Translations under genes and position numbers: made by a program
Shown here: in pieces, positions 38,301 to 50,949 of the stretch
Numbering within the stretch: position 1 is the first letter of the stretch
Layout: each line of letters opens with the position of its first letter
Assembly: GCA_015680685.1 (NCBI GenBank)
Contig: MNCI01000461.1
Location: forward strand, 87,668 to 151,460
Direction: 5' to 3'
From: Gnetum montanum
Lineage: Eukaryota > Plantae > Gnetophyta
DNA: 63,793 bases
The notes under the pieces: model-generated
Seen by the model: only the letters and a program-made list of their open reading frames with translations
What the model was told of the DNA's origin: nothing
The model's database searches: none

Positions 38301-41300
38301 TATCAAAGTACAAGGATCAGCAAACTAGGTTGCATTCATCCCTTATAATTTTTGTTCTCCCTTGTTGCCCTATGGGATTGATGTGCTTCTTGTGGGAAGG
38401 CATCTTGCTTGAGCTTGTTGGGATCCTATGGGATTGAGTGTTGGTGTAGCACCACAATACTTTGGAGCAGAGCTCAAGATTATAAAGGTTGTAAAATCTT
38501 GGAAACCACATTCTAAGCTTGTCAGGACCTTGTAGGGTATAGTATCCTTCAAACTACATTTGAGAGCAACAAAGTTTGGAGGTATGCTTACGATATGCCC
38601 TCTAAGTGTGGACCACCCAAGTTAGGGAACCACATTAAATTTGGTGTGTGTGTGCTTTGCCGAAATAATTTTAATTTAGAGAACTTATTCATCATTCCCC
38701 CCTCCTTTTAAGTTCAATGATCCACACTATGTAAGGTGGGATACCCAGTAAATTGCAACCAAGGTATGAAAAAATGTGTACTATTTTCTATAGTAATGAT
38801 CCTACTTCTATCCATGTATCTAGCTAATATTACAAGTCATCTATTAATTTGGTTTTGGGGGGGTGCGAAGAAGGGGGAGTTTGAGGTCCTATGGTAAGAA
38901 ATTTTATTGCAAGCATAGATGTGAAAACCATAGGACTAGGTCTATATCATTTTCTTTACCTTATGGAGAGGAAAATCATTCAAGCTCAATAAATTTTCAC
39001 ATTCATTAGTTTTTGAGAAGCACCCCTAATCATAATTCACTTGCAATATCTACTTTAGGCATGAGTTCCATTGCTATGTCTACTGAAGATATCACAATTG
39101 CACCTGATGGTGATATTGTTACCATCTCTATATTTACATTGACTATGTAGGTAGTCAAAGAATGATATTTACCCAAAAAATGACTAGATCTTGGTAACCC
39201 CATGGTGGTGATTGAAATTGATAAAAAGGATATTTGTCTAGCTCTCTGTGACTTTGGTTTGAAAGTCAATCTTATCTCATTGCAATAGTACCTTAAATGT
39301 GGGCTTCATCCCCTCAAGCATATTAACATTGGATTAGAGCTATTGGACCAATGCTATGCATATCATGTGGGATAGGTATGTAATTTAATCACTTCTATTA
39401 TAGGTTGGTCATAACCCATTGATTTCCTAATGCTTAGATCAAAAGATAACTTGGAAGAGAATCTTCCTAATATCTTGGGAAGAGCCTAGTTAAGCACTGT
39501 AAATGCTAGGTTGGTTTTGCAAGATCTCCATCTAAGTATTGGTAGAAGGGATGGAATTGGAATGATGAACTATAAGAGAAAACCATATGATCCTTTCTAT
39601 CTTGTTGCATCATACATATGTGTCATTCAAGAGAGCTAGATAAGACACTTGATGTGCAACACTTGGTATATCATTATGAACATCTATCACCTCTGAGCAT
39701 GCTTAAAGTTTAATTTACCACCAAAAGGCTTAGTAGGTAAGAGACATGGATTAGTTGTAAGGGAAAAATCCTTCTTATCATGTCAAAATTTTATTTTTCT
39801 ATTATTTCCATTTGTGTAATTAATAAAGATTACTATGTTTAGCTAGAATTATTTTCTTTTTGAACTTAATAGATAATTAATTCTAATGTTTTTATTTTCT
39901 TTTTGAGTGTTTTTATTTGTGTGTTTTTGTGAAAACTAGTTAAGATGCTTTATGAATGCTCACCTAATAAGAGAATAGTGGATGGATGAGCTATAGATGT
40001 GATGATGATGTGAGAGTGTCTAACAGGTCCAACATGGAGCATTGATTAATAGAATGCCCATGTAATAATATTTGTTCATCCACTTTTCTTCTATCAATTA
40101 CCAGTGAGTTAGACTTAGATTTAGTAGGAAGCAAGGAATCACACTATGAGTTGTTGATGATCTTGGAACTACAAGTAGGTGATGGATTCACACCTTAGGG
40201 TGTATGCTTCAGAATCATGAACAAGGTCATGATCATTGACATAGAAAGGCTATGTCATTAAGGGTCCTTGTGATCACTTGATGGATCTAATAATTTTGAT
40301 TGGACTAAGGGTGTTTACATGGTACATTGCTTGGTCATCCTGGTCAAAAAATATCTATGATTCCATGAACCTATGTGTGTCATGTGGTGGAGGATGAATT
40401 CTCATGTTTGTACAAGTCAAAGATTCTAGGTGGTGATCTAGCACTATGATCATTTTCATGATTTTGATGCTTCATAAACAACCATTTTCCTATGAAAGAA
40501 TGAAAAGAAAAATATATGATGAAAATAAAAAAATTATAAAAATAATGATAAAAAGAAAAGAAAACTTGAAAAAAAAAACAAGAAAGAGAAAAGAGAAAAT
40601 AGGTAATGGTAAAAGTAGTATACTTTTAAACTTATTAATTATACAAATTGGTATGTTTATCATTGAAATTGATCTCATAGTTACTCATACCTAAGATTAA
40701 ATTAGTGGTTGAAATTATGCCTATAAAAACTTCTCTTACGTTTAACCCATTGTACAAATCACTTGACTTCTCATAATATTGTAGTTCAAGATAATCTCTT
40801 ACTCATACCAACCCATGGCCATGAATGCTTGGAAGTTTTTTTCTTCATGAATCTTGATAATGCTAATTATTACTTCCATCCAAGTTCCTAATCATTTGTT
40901 CCAAGGGTTAAAAATGTTTATCATTGACCATATTTGAGCCAAAAAAATTTTCTCTTAATATTCATGGTATTGTGCTTTTTGTTAAGATGGAGAATTAGTT
41001 CATGTAGCTAAGGGGATCAATTAGAGGTTTCTAGTAGAGCTAGCCTTAAGGCTACTATGCTTACATGCATGGATGGAGGAAAACCAAATTGGAATATTAA
41101 CTTCTGTATGTTTGATGGCACATTACCTTGGTTGGTTTACACTAATGTTTAGACCACATAACAATCAAGGCTAGATGGAACTAGATGTGGTCAATGTAAC
41201 CTTGTGCTTGGAAGGAAGACTTGAAGGCTAATCCTTATTGTTTAGAGAAGTAGTAGTGAAAGGATATGATAATAGATCTCTCATGGGATGTAGGACATGC

Positions 41301-42719
41301 TTACATGCTTCATGAGCTAATTGAATAGTTGATTGGAAATCTACTAATGTTACACTCTCTCTCTTTTTCACTCTCATCCATTATTGATTCTTCATCTCTT
41401 CTATTTCAATTATTTCTCATGGTTGTGTATGGATGAAGGTCAATCAAGAAAAGTAGAAGATGAGATATGGCCAAACAAGGGGATATATTGATGTTTGATG
41501 CTCCTATCTCACTAGATTATTGAGAATCTATGGGTGCATCATTAATGGATTTCTTGAGGGAAAGAAAGATAAGTTCCTACTCTAGGAAGGACTTGCTTGT
41601 AAATCCTTGGTGAGTTAACATCATATGCAATTGAGTTAAAGCTTATCTTCTAACAATCATGAGGGTTGCATTGCATATGATGCTTAATTAGTCTTTCACT
41701 TGTGTGAGTTTTGAATTTTAGTACTTCAAAGTTAGACCATGATAAATAATATTTATTTATCTCCATTGTGCCTCTATTTCATTATCTTTGTTTCTATAAT
41801 CATTCTCCTATTATTTTAAGCCAACTTCTCTAGTATTAGATTCATGGGAATGCATGTACTTAGTAATCAACTTATTTCCAATGATCCATGATGTTGTTTG
41901 AGATAAGTTTATAATGCATTTATAATCTTTCTCGTTGGACATCTTGTGAGATCAATTTAGGGTGTTGACATATTGAGGATCTTGTGTGGAGCTTCAGAGG
42001 TACTAGAAGGTAGGTTTAATATTGGGATATTTTCCTTTACTTGAAAGGATGTGCTAATGTACCTCCTACATTAGCATAGGAGTGTTGATTCCCATATGTC
42101 AATGCACTTCCACTCTATGCCAATGAGCCACTATAAAGAGTGGGAGGCTTCTAAATGCATTTGACACTTTGTCCTTTCTAATTCTTCTTACTTTCCTTAC
42201 ATTTGGTCTTCAAAAATAAGCTAAAATCTATTGTTTTTTCCTAATGGATAAATTGGTAATCTTTCTACAAGAATTCTTCTAACTTCTTTCTATCATTGAT
42301 GTTCTAGCTATGATTCAAGCTTTGTATCTTGTAACTTAGTCATGGGGGAGAGATACTAATTTAGGTATTCATTTAATGTATTTTGTAGTTATTTAAATAT
42401 TTCTATCTTAATCATACTTTCCCATGTACATAATAATTTAATAGTAGTAATGATGTTTTTCTAGTACTTCCCAAGGGTTGTATTTATAATTATTTTTGCA
42501 TGCAATTTTCTTAATGGTAGTATGATGACCAGGAAAACTTGATTTTTAGTAGATTTTACAACTTATCATGTTGTGGTAATTAAGATTCAAGATTTATAGA
42601 CCAAGAAGGATTGAGGTTACATAATATTAGACCTATGTTTATAAACCTTTTTATGAACCATTGATTTTTGAGGAGGAAGAGGGAGAAGAAGTTAGATCTC
42701 CCAATCTGGAACTTGTATG

Positions 42720-45700
42720 TGTTGGCGATCATTTGGGACGCGACTACCAATGAGTGTCCTCAAACAGGATTTAGGTGCTTACTAGTCTCTAGCAACACCA
42801 AGGCCCAGATACCTCCAAATAGACTCAGTAGTTAATGTGAGTATGTGTGTGTGTTGTTGCGGTGTGTGGTTGTGAAAAATGAAACGATTGTGTTGTGTGT
42901 AAACTACAAATGACTTATCAATAAGAGATTCAGCCAACTTTGCCAAGTACTGTGAGTTGTTCAGAGTTCCTATTTTGTTCAATTACCTAGTCTACATGGT
43001 CCTTATAATACCTACTTGTAAAAAATAAAATTTTGCAAAAACATTTGAGCACANNNNNNNNNNNNNNNNNNNNNNNNNNNNNNNNNNNNNNNNNNNNNNN
43101 NNNNNNNNNNNNNNNNNNNNNNNNNNNNNNNNNNNNNNNNNNNNNNNNNNNNNNNNNAGAACCTTCAAAAGAATTGAAAATTTTTGATTGAAATACCACA
43201 GAGATTCACTTTAAAGATAAAAAGAAGCTATTTTGGTCCCATCAAAATACCAAAGATTTTCTGAACCCTCTTGACTATTGAATTGTTCAACAGCATGACT
43301 ACAAGTAGAGGCTCTCTTACAACAATTCCAATAGTAGTTCTTATACGTTGCACAATAATAAAATTCACTATTAAAATGCTCTTAATGCTTTCAAACACAA
43401 GCGCTTCTATGGAAAAATTGTAATAGAAATTTTCAATTATGCAACAAGAACAATAAGAGCAATCTAAAAATCCCAAAATTACTTGCCAAGGATGATACTA
43501 TCTAAACCACTAGCTAAACAATTTAAACAAAATAAAAAATAATAAGCATAACTCATAGGACTATGACAAAGAGGCTGAAATCTTTTCTTTAGCCAGTCAT
43601 CTTACAAGCAATCTTTCACAATTTCTTCTTTACAATGCTCATCCAAGACCCAAAGTGTGTCTCCAAGTAAGAGCTAGTAGTCTTCCCAACTCTTCCAAAG
43701 TGTGTTGTATTGTCCCCCTCCTTGTCCTCTAAAGCCTTTTTATAGGGTTCAAAGGTAGTTAGGTAAGTTACAACTATTTTGGGTGGTTATAACCACCATA
43801 GAGATAAAAAAAGCTATAGTCGACAAGTGTCCCATGCAGTTGCTAAGTGGCCTATTCAGTTGCCAAGTGGTCACCATGGAGACAAAAAGGCTATAGTTGA
43901 CAAGTGGCCTTGGTGGTGGTTATAACCACCATTTCAATTGATAAGTGTTCAATTCACATGGGACTTTGAACAATTGTTGCACAAATTCCCTTTTTAAATC
44001 ATAAAATATTTTTTTATTATTTACATCATAGTAGTAGAGATAATAACCATGGAGTTGATGCATACATGGATGGGTTAATATATAAATATATATGTAAGTT
44101 TGTACAACCGAATGCATAAATGGAGTGGCACTCTCACGTTTTCAACACAAAGAAAGTGTCACGTTATGTAGATTATAGTTTAATCATGTAGATAGTATAT
44201 AGTTTATAGTGTCAACACATAGAATTTCTTGCCATTATGTAGTTTGTGTAATGGTCATCATAGTCCAGGTTCAGCATGAAGATGCCATTGGTGAGTCTGG
44301 CCATTGTTTGTATGAACACGCTCATGCTGGACAATCATTTGTATGAGCAGATTTTAGTTTATCATCTTCAAAGTTGCTGTCACTGTTAATGACTTGAAAT
44401 TTGGATCAACATCAGGGTCATTTTGTGGATAATAGAGTTGGGAGTACTGGGATTGTATATCTTGTATTTTTGGCATGGCCGCGAGATTGTTCTTAGAGCT
44501 ACAGTGCACAACCTCGAATCCGACGACGACCTAGAAACCAAATCTAGATCTATATCTAGTGCTCTGCTGCTATGAAAACAGGGCCAACAAATGATGTAGG
44601 CGCAGGAACAGGGACCCTTCCTTCTTCTTTTTGTTCCTCTGCAAGCAGAGATGGTACCAGGAATAGCCCAAGATGATGATTCTGGTGAGCGCTACAGCAA
44701 CAACAATGGACCACATGGCCTTGTCCATGCTCCAGCTCAGAAACATCCTGGCTTGTACCTGCTACTAAACCTCTTCCTATTCGTTGTCTTTTCATATTGA
44801 AAGCTTCAGCGGAAGCCCTAATTTTCTCCATAATTTTAGCAGCTTTAATGAAAGCGATTTAGTGCAGAACCTCATTCTAAGAAACGCCAAAGCTACTGAC
44901 CGTGATGATGTTGTAGAGGTTGCTATTTCTCAACGAAAATGCAGAAAGGATTATCTCCTTATCTTCACTCTTGGCCATGGTGTAGATCTCATCTTCCGTC
45001 ACACTAATGTTAACGATTTTGCAAATGAAGGCCATCAAGAAGAGGATTTACAAAGAATGAAGATCAAACACCAGTGCATTCGAATAATGCAAGAGAACAC
45101 CCTATTTTTCGAGGATTTACATAGGAAATTGGCATTGCAGTGTTTCGTCGTGGCTTGCCTGCAGATACGATATCTGTGAGTTTTACGAGGAAGTGAAGGT
45201 CCAGATGCTTGCAGAGGTAGTTGTTCATAGTTTTGTTGCAGAGATACATCACAGATGTGCTGATTGAGCATGCCATCAACCTTGTTAAGACATTGATGCC
45301 CATTTTTTTCCATTCTTTCTCCATTTTTGCAGAATCTTCTCTACGGTGGGTTTTGGTGGCTTTGCTTCCTGATCCGATTCTTATTTGTGAAGATGACATT
45401 GTGTAGAAATGGTCACCGCCATGCGGGCACCTTTTCACTTCACTAATTGGTTTCTTGACTACAGATTAGTGTTTGAAGTTTTGTGGATCTCAAAGGTTTC
45501 ACTAACAAATTTGATTTCTCTAAAATTATCATTTCTCCAACTATGCATGGTCTCCATGGTTGCTCCTCCTTGTGATGATGACTCTCAAATAACACACAAC
45601 CCAAAGACAGATTCTAGCATTCCACAAATCAAACCCACAAAAATCTGCAACAACCCAGCACACAGACTAGACCTGCTACTACATAAATACGTAGACCCTT

Positions 45701-45816
45701 GATTGTTTCCTTCATAATCCTGCTAGACTTTGTTTTTGTAAAGCCCAGTGTATCATAATATATTTATATATCTATATTGCTACCCTGTTCCATGAAATGG
45801 CCAAAATGTGCCAATA
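42720..45816 (-). mobile_element. LTR-type insertion (solo LTR or gap-collapsed element) with gene-like internal sequence
   Basis: Termini TGTTGGC...GCCAATA; GTATG on both flanks (42715-42719 and 45817-45821); minus-strand TATA at ~43736-43745. Confidence 0.65.
43054..43157. other. Assembly gap (104 N)
   Basis: Run of N. Confidence 1.
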
Positions 45817-46099
45817 GTATGCCTTGTTCTAGAAACTACTTCATGCAAAAGTAGATCAAGAGGTAGGCAATCATATTCTCAATCTTTGGGCCAATCACAT
45901 GTGTAGTAGCAAGTGATTGAACAAGTGTTGAAAGAGTTGGTAGAAGATGAAGAAAAAAATGTTGATGACATTCTAGAGGGTGTGGGTGCTCATGATGTCC
46001 AATAATGATCCATTCATGAAGAGAGAAGCTATCATAAATTCATTGAACTTAGTCATCGTATGCTCAAGTAGTTGCTATAGTAAATAGGCTTCTACAACT

Positions 46100-46620
46100 A
46101 TCCAACCCTTCAAATGATACTACTACGAATTATAGGAATTCTACTAGAACATTGCTACAAATGGTACCATGAATTTTATTGGTGAAGTTGCTATTCCTAA
46201 TTTCACATGGCTAATCTCATAGGCTATAGGATTTTTAAATGAACTAGCAAATAATTGGTGGTCACAAACCCAAAAGATTGAGCCCAAGCTAAGATCAAAG
46301 GTTATGTTGAAGGGCTTTGATATGTAAAAAGCTAAGGTAGAGATGTCTAAGCTTCCCTTGGTCCAAAATGCCATGTACAAAATCATCATCCATAACTTCA
46401 TGTCCATCAAATGACCATTGGATATATCTACTTGGGGAGATAAGATTGTGATTATAATGATCAGAAAGTATGTTATCAATATCTCTTATCTTCTCTCTAT
46501 GATCCAAAAAATTGAAGATGTGGCCAAACATAAAGGAGAGATCTATGCCTTTCTAGGATTAATTTTGAAACTCTGTGAACTAGTAGGCATAGTCAACCAT
46601 GTGGAAAGACATCTCATGAT
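46100..46620 (+). pseudogene. Second Athila ORF2 / putative plant transposon protein-like remnant
   Basis: EFY*NI...MYKIIIHNFM...INISYL...YAFLGLILKLCELVGI follows the family motif order. Confidence 0.65.
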
Positions 46621-49429
46621 AGTAGGAATGGTAGACTATGAGAACATGATGGTGGTTTCTCTAAGATGATATCCTAAGATCATTGGAGTTGTACTTAACT
46701 TGGAGGAAGAGATGCCTTTAAAAACTGTATCTTGTATACAACCTTTAGACTAGCTCCACCAACACTAATCAAAAGTACTAACCACACCTCAAACATCTCA
46801 ATGAATGTAGGTGCCATGACTTAGTAGATCTATTTCTAGATCTCATAGTTTAAACACTAGGCAAAGCTAGGAATGTCTTCTTGGTGGTGGTTTTTAACCT
46901 ATAATGCACATCAAAGGTGAGAGAAAGGCTTTCATAATTCATGTTGAAGGTTCATAAGATCTTGGTAAAAATTCCTTAAAAATGAAAAAAGCCATTGTAG
47001 GTGGTGAAGTAATAAGGGAGGACCTACTCTAGTTTCCTCCTCCATTAGTAGATGATCCACCCATGGCTCATTTTTGTATCCTTGTTTAGTCTCATAGAGC
47101 AGTGGAGAGGACCTACACTTAGTGCTAGGAGGACCTACACTTGTTTTATACTACATACCTTCTAACCTATTTTTGTGTTAACTAAGCTTAACCCCATTTG
47201 GAGTGGTGTTCGACTTCTCTCTCTTTCTCTTTGCATTTTTAGAATTTTATTTGCATTTTTCACTATTTCATCACATAGCCATGCCTAAAAATGTGCTTGG
47301 GTAGTGATCCTCACATGTTGACACCCTCGTTTTCATCAAAAAACTTGACCACACTCAACACCATTAACACCACTTGAACACTTAACATCATTTTGAATTA
47401 GCACCATGGCTAACCATGTTGCACCCTCGTTGCATTTAATAAGTCCTTTTTCGATTGACTAGACCTTTCAGGGCATCCGATCTCTATACCCAGCAGACCC
47501 TCATGCAAACTCGGGGTTAGGCTATCTTCCTGTTGACCTTAGTGTTCTATCCATTAATGTTTTTGATTACCATAGTTTCTAGCACTAGAAGAAGGACCAA
47601 ACCCTTTTTGAAGCTTTTTTGAGGTTGTTTCGTGAGCTCTCTACATTGTAGTTATCCATTGATCCATCGATGTAGATTGGATCCTATAGTTGGTCCCCTC
47701 AGGATCTTGCGTGAAAACCCCAAACTACACTTCTCTCCACTATTTTGCTAAGCTCACATTATCTTCAATTGGAGCATAGTTGTCCCCAGCATAGAAAATG
47801 TAGTTAGATCTCTATTATGAAGAGCATAATTGGCTCTTCATAGTGGATAGCATAGTCAGCATAGTCAGCATAGACAGTGTAGTCAACTCTCCAGAGTGGA
47901 GAGTGTAGTTAGTGATATCAACCAAAATAGAGTTAGTTTCAGCTTGGTCCACTATATTTTGTAGCCAAAAACCTTCACAGTTTCCCTTTACAACTCGATC
48001 TGCAACCATGAACTAGATCAACCTCCAATGTTAGTTTCAAATGCACTTGATATCTTAGCTATCCAATAAGAGATTAGGATTGACAACCTTGCAAATTTCA
48101 AGATGGTTAGGTCAAGGTAATCCCTTAGGCTATGCAGCCAAGACCCAAAGTGTGCCATGCTTAGCAATGAGCAATACAACTTCATATGTACAAAGGTCCA
48201 AGTGGGGTTACATATAGATCACCTTGACATGGAGGCAAAATAGTACATTGAACTAATCCATAGGGTTGGATAGGAGTATATTCCTTTTTCATTTAACATC
48301 ATCCCACTCAAAGAGTCCCACCACTAGTTATTATCCTAGCTCATTTGAGCAAGTGAGTGCGATGTGGGGACTAACTATGAGGAAGTCTTACAAGAGTAAG
48401 TGGATGATTTTGAAGCTCACTCTAAACACGAGAACCTCTTTCCCATCATCTTCCAATAAGAAATCACTAGTTTGAACCCTTCTTAGCTTAGTTCATTCAT
48501 CCTCTCCGAGATGATCATAACACTTACATCACCTTCCCACTTTGTTAGGCTTAGATCTACGCTTGTAGTGGCAATCCGTTAGACATAATACATGCATTAA
48601 GATGCAATAGCTTCCTTCAACTTGCCCTTCATGGCATCATCTCAACCTATGCAACCATCTTTGCCAATAACAATCATGTCAACTTAGCCATATGTCCACA
48701 TATGTCACATCTCTAGGCCCCAAATGATTCAGGAACCCTACATCCCGCTTGTTTTGTTAGTGCCCTCAACATTTGTCCAACCCACATGTGTGTGGCTTAC
48801 CCTAATCACTATCTCTCTAACACAGTTGATGCATCAAGCACCTCATGTGCTTCTACAACCTACAATTAGGTCATGGGTTGCACAACCAACATAGTAGATA
48901 GCATAGTTAGTGTAGCTAGTTGGAGCATCCCAAAATTTAGACCAAGCACTCCAACTAATCCAAGGAAAGATAGGGACAAGCATACAAGGAAACCAAACCA
49001 ACAGTTGTTTGATCATAGCATGGACTTTGACCTAGTCCTACAAGATGATTTTCAAAAGATGATCAATAGAGGCAAGCTGGTCCTCAATGCTACAAACCTA
49101 GTTAGGTTGCAAAACCAATCCATGAGGGTGTACAAGGATCCTCTAAATGTAGATGATGCCAGCTATGCCATAAACACTATTAACATTGATGACAAAGACT
49201 TTGTGGATGCGTTAGCCCCAATTAGTAAGTGCTCAAATAAAAGAACATAACATTGAGCCTATATGACCTAATCATGATCTCATCTGACCACCACAAAGCA
49301 CTGGTGTGGATGTTAACCTTCATTCCTATCATAGAGGACATCTTAGAAAATGAGAACTCCATTCATATGGTGATGTTTCCCCTTGTGCTATAGGAATTAA
49401 GCTCCATATCCCTCACATTTCATGATGAG

Positions 49430-50061
49430 GTAATTAAGGTCAACCCTAAGAAGGGTGAGGTCATAATAGCACCCATGTTCATTGCCATACATGTTGGTTG
49501 ATGCAAAATTCGAAGAGTGCACGTTGATGATGGAGTAGTAACCAACATTATCCCATACACCATTGTTGATAAGTTAGACCTCATAGACCAAATCAAGCCA
49601 ACAAAAACCACATGCCTAAAATCCTTTAATGGGTCATGTGTCATCGTTAGGAGTATTTCCATGATAGCCTTCATGGCAAGGGAGCAATTCCCTACCACTG
49701 CTTAATTCATCATCATAGAGGACCAGGCTTTAACATAATATTGGGTAGACCTTGGCTAGCCCAATTACAAGCCATCTCCTTCCCAATTCACCAAGAAATC
49801 CACCTCTTGTACATATGTGGAAAAGTTATCATCCATGGTGATAAAATTTCCCATTTGGCCATCAAGAACATAGATATAGAGAAAGGGTCCAAGGTGGATT
49901 TCCCTAATGATATGTCCGTAGAAAAGGATGAGAATGAGGCACATGAGGTGGACACACCCACAAAGGTAGAAGAATCTGGTGACCTACTGGAAGATGCCTT
50001 ATGGGTAGAATTACCCTTCAACATAGCAAGTGAGGGTCAAGGAGACTACCAAATAGTGTAA
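49430..50061 (+). pseudogene. Aspartic protease remnant
   Basis: RVHVDDGVVTNII and LGRPWL; homologous to 3250-3800. Confidence 0.85.
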
Positions 50062-50409
50062 TCTAGGCCCTATAGACCTCACAACCCACATCAGGTTAGG
50101 AAGCAACTATGTGACTAAGGTATTCCCTTAGTCCAAAAAGCATTAGTGCTTACTTGCCATTTGCTTTTACGCATCCTATATTTTACCTTTTTGCTTATGA
50201 TGCATTCATTTCACTCAAGTTAGCATGATTTTCTAGTTATTATGCATAAACTTTCTTTATCTATGCATTTATTTACTTTGTTTACACATTTTCCCACTTA
50301 GTTTACATGTTCACTCATCTAGTTTGCCCTTTAGCAGTTATTAGGTTAATGCATAAAAAACTATCAAAATGCACAAAAATCATAAAAGTAAAAATTACAA
50401 AAATAAATA

Positions 50410-50870
50410 TAGCAACACTTGGCCTACCATGGTCTTAAACTGGCAATGTTGCAGCCTAGAACAACCTTAAACTATCGTCATTGATCCCCATCATTATGAC
50501 TTGAAATGGCCTAAAACTATCATTTCAGCTAAAAATAGCTTAAAACTATCACTTTTAGCCTCCTTACTATGACCTAGAATGGCTTTAAACTAGCAACACC
50601 ATGCCATAAAATGACCTTAAATTATCATTATGGCCTGTAATGGCCTTAAAATGGCAACCCATAGCTTGGAACAACCATAAACTATCACTATGGCCTAAAT
50701 GACCTTAAACTAGAAACATGTGGTCTAGAATGGCCTTAAACTAGCAAAACCAATGGCCTAAAATAGCCTTACTATCAACATGGCTTGCTATGGCTTTAAA
50801 CTAGCAACAAACGACTTGAAATGGCCAAAAAACTAACATTGGCCCTCCTACTATGACCTTAAACTCGTGT
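50410..50870 (+). repeat. Tandem array, ~30-40-bp units (GGCCTTAAACTAGCA core)
   Basis: More than 12 visible degenerate units. Confidence 0.85.
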
Positions 50871-50949
50871 GGGGTCCATCAAAGCTTTACACTAAAAACA
50901 AAATTGCTATGGCCCACAATGGCATAGTAAAACCATCGCTACATAATCC

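Larger units (their letters stand above)
33064..38726 (+). mobile_element. Gag-only (TR-GAG-like) SIRE-type copia element with intact boundaries
   Basis: LTRs at 33064-34158 and 37561-38726, perfect TSD CTATG, PBS, PPT AAAAAGAGGGAGAT, and no pol motifs. Confidence 0.9.
29830..42719 (+). mobile_element. Fragmented Athila-like element D (leader, gag-like remnant, protease; no RT seen); probably continues at 45817-47100
   Basis: Protease at ~39180-39520 reads DLGNPMVVIEI...ALCDFGLKVNLI...NILGRA*LSTVNA. The motif CTTAGTCATGGGGGAGA at ~42336 is shared with ~8687. Confidence 0.6.

Noticed and set aside
44020-44045. Helitron-like 5' end (TCTCTACTAC on the minus strand)
   Set aside because: No matching 3' hairpin plus CTRR end was found.
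44784-45179. 131-aa ORF as a host gene, or its antisense frame read with TAA/TAG as Gln (editing or alternative code)
   Set aside because: No recognisable domain. The antisense stops are simply explained by TTA/CTA codons on the other strand, and the true frame cannot be decided without a search.
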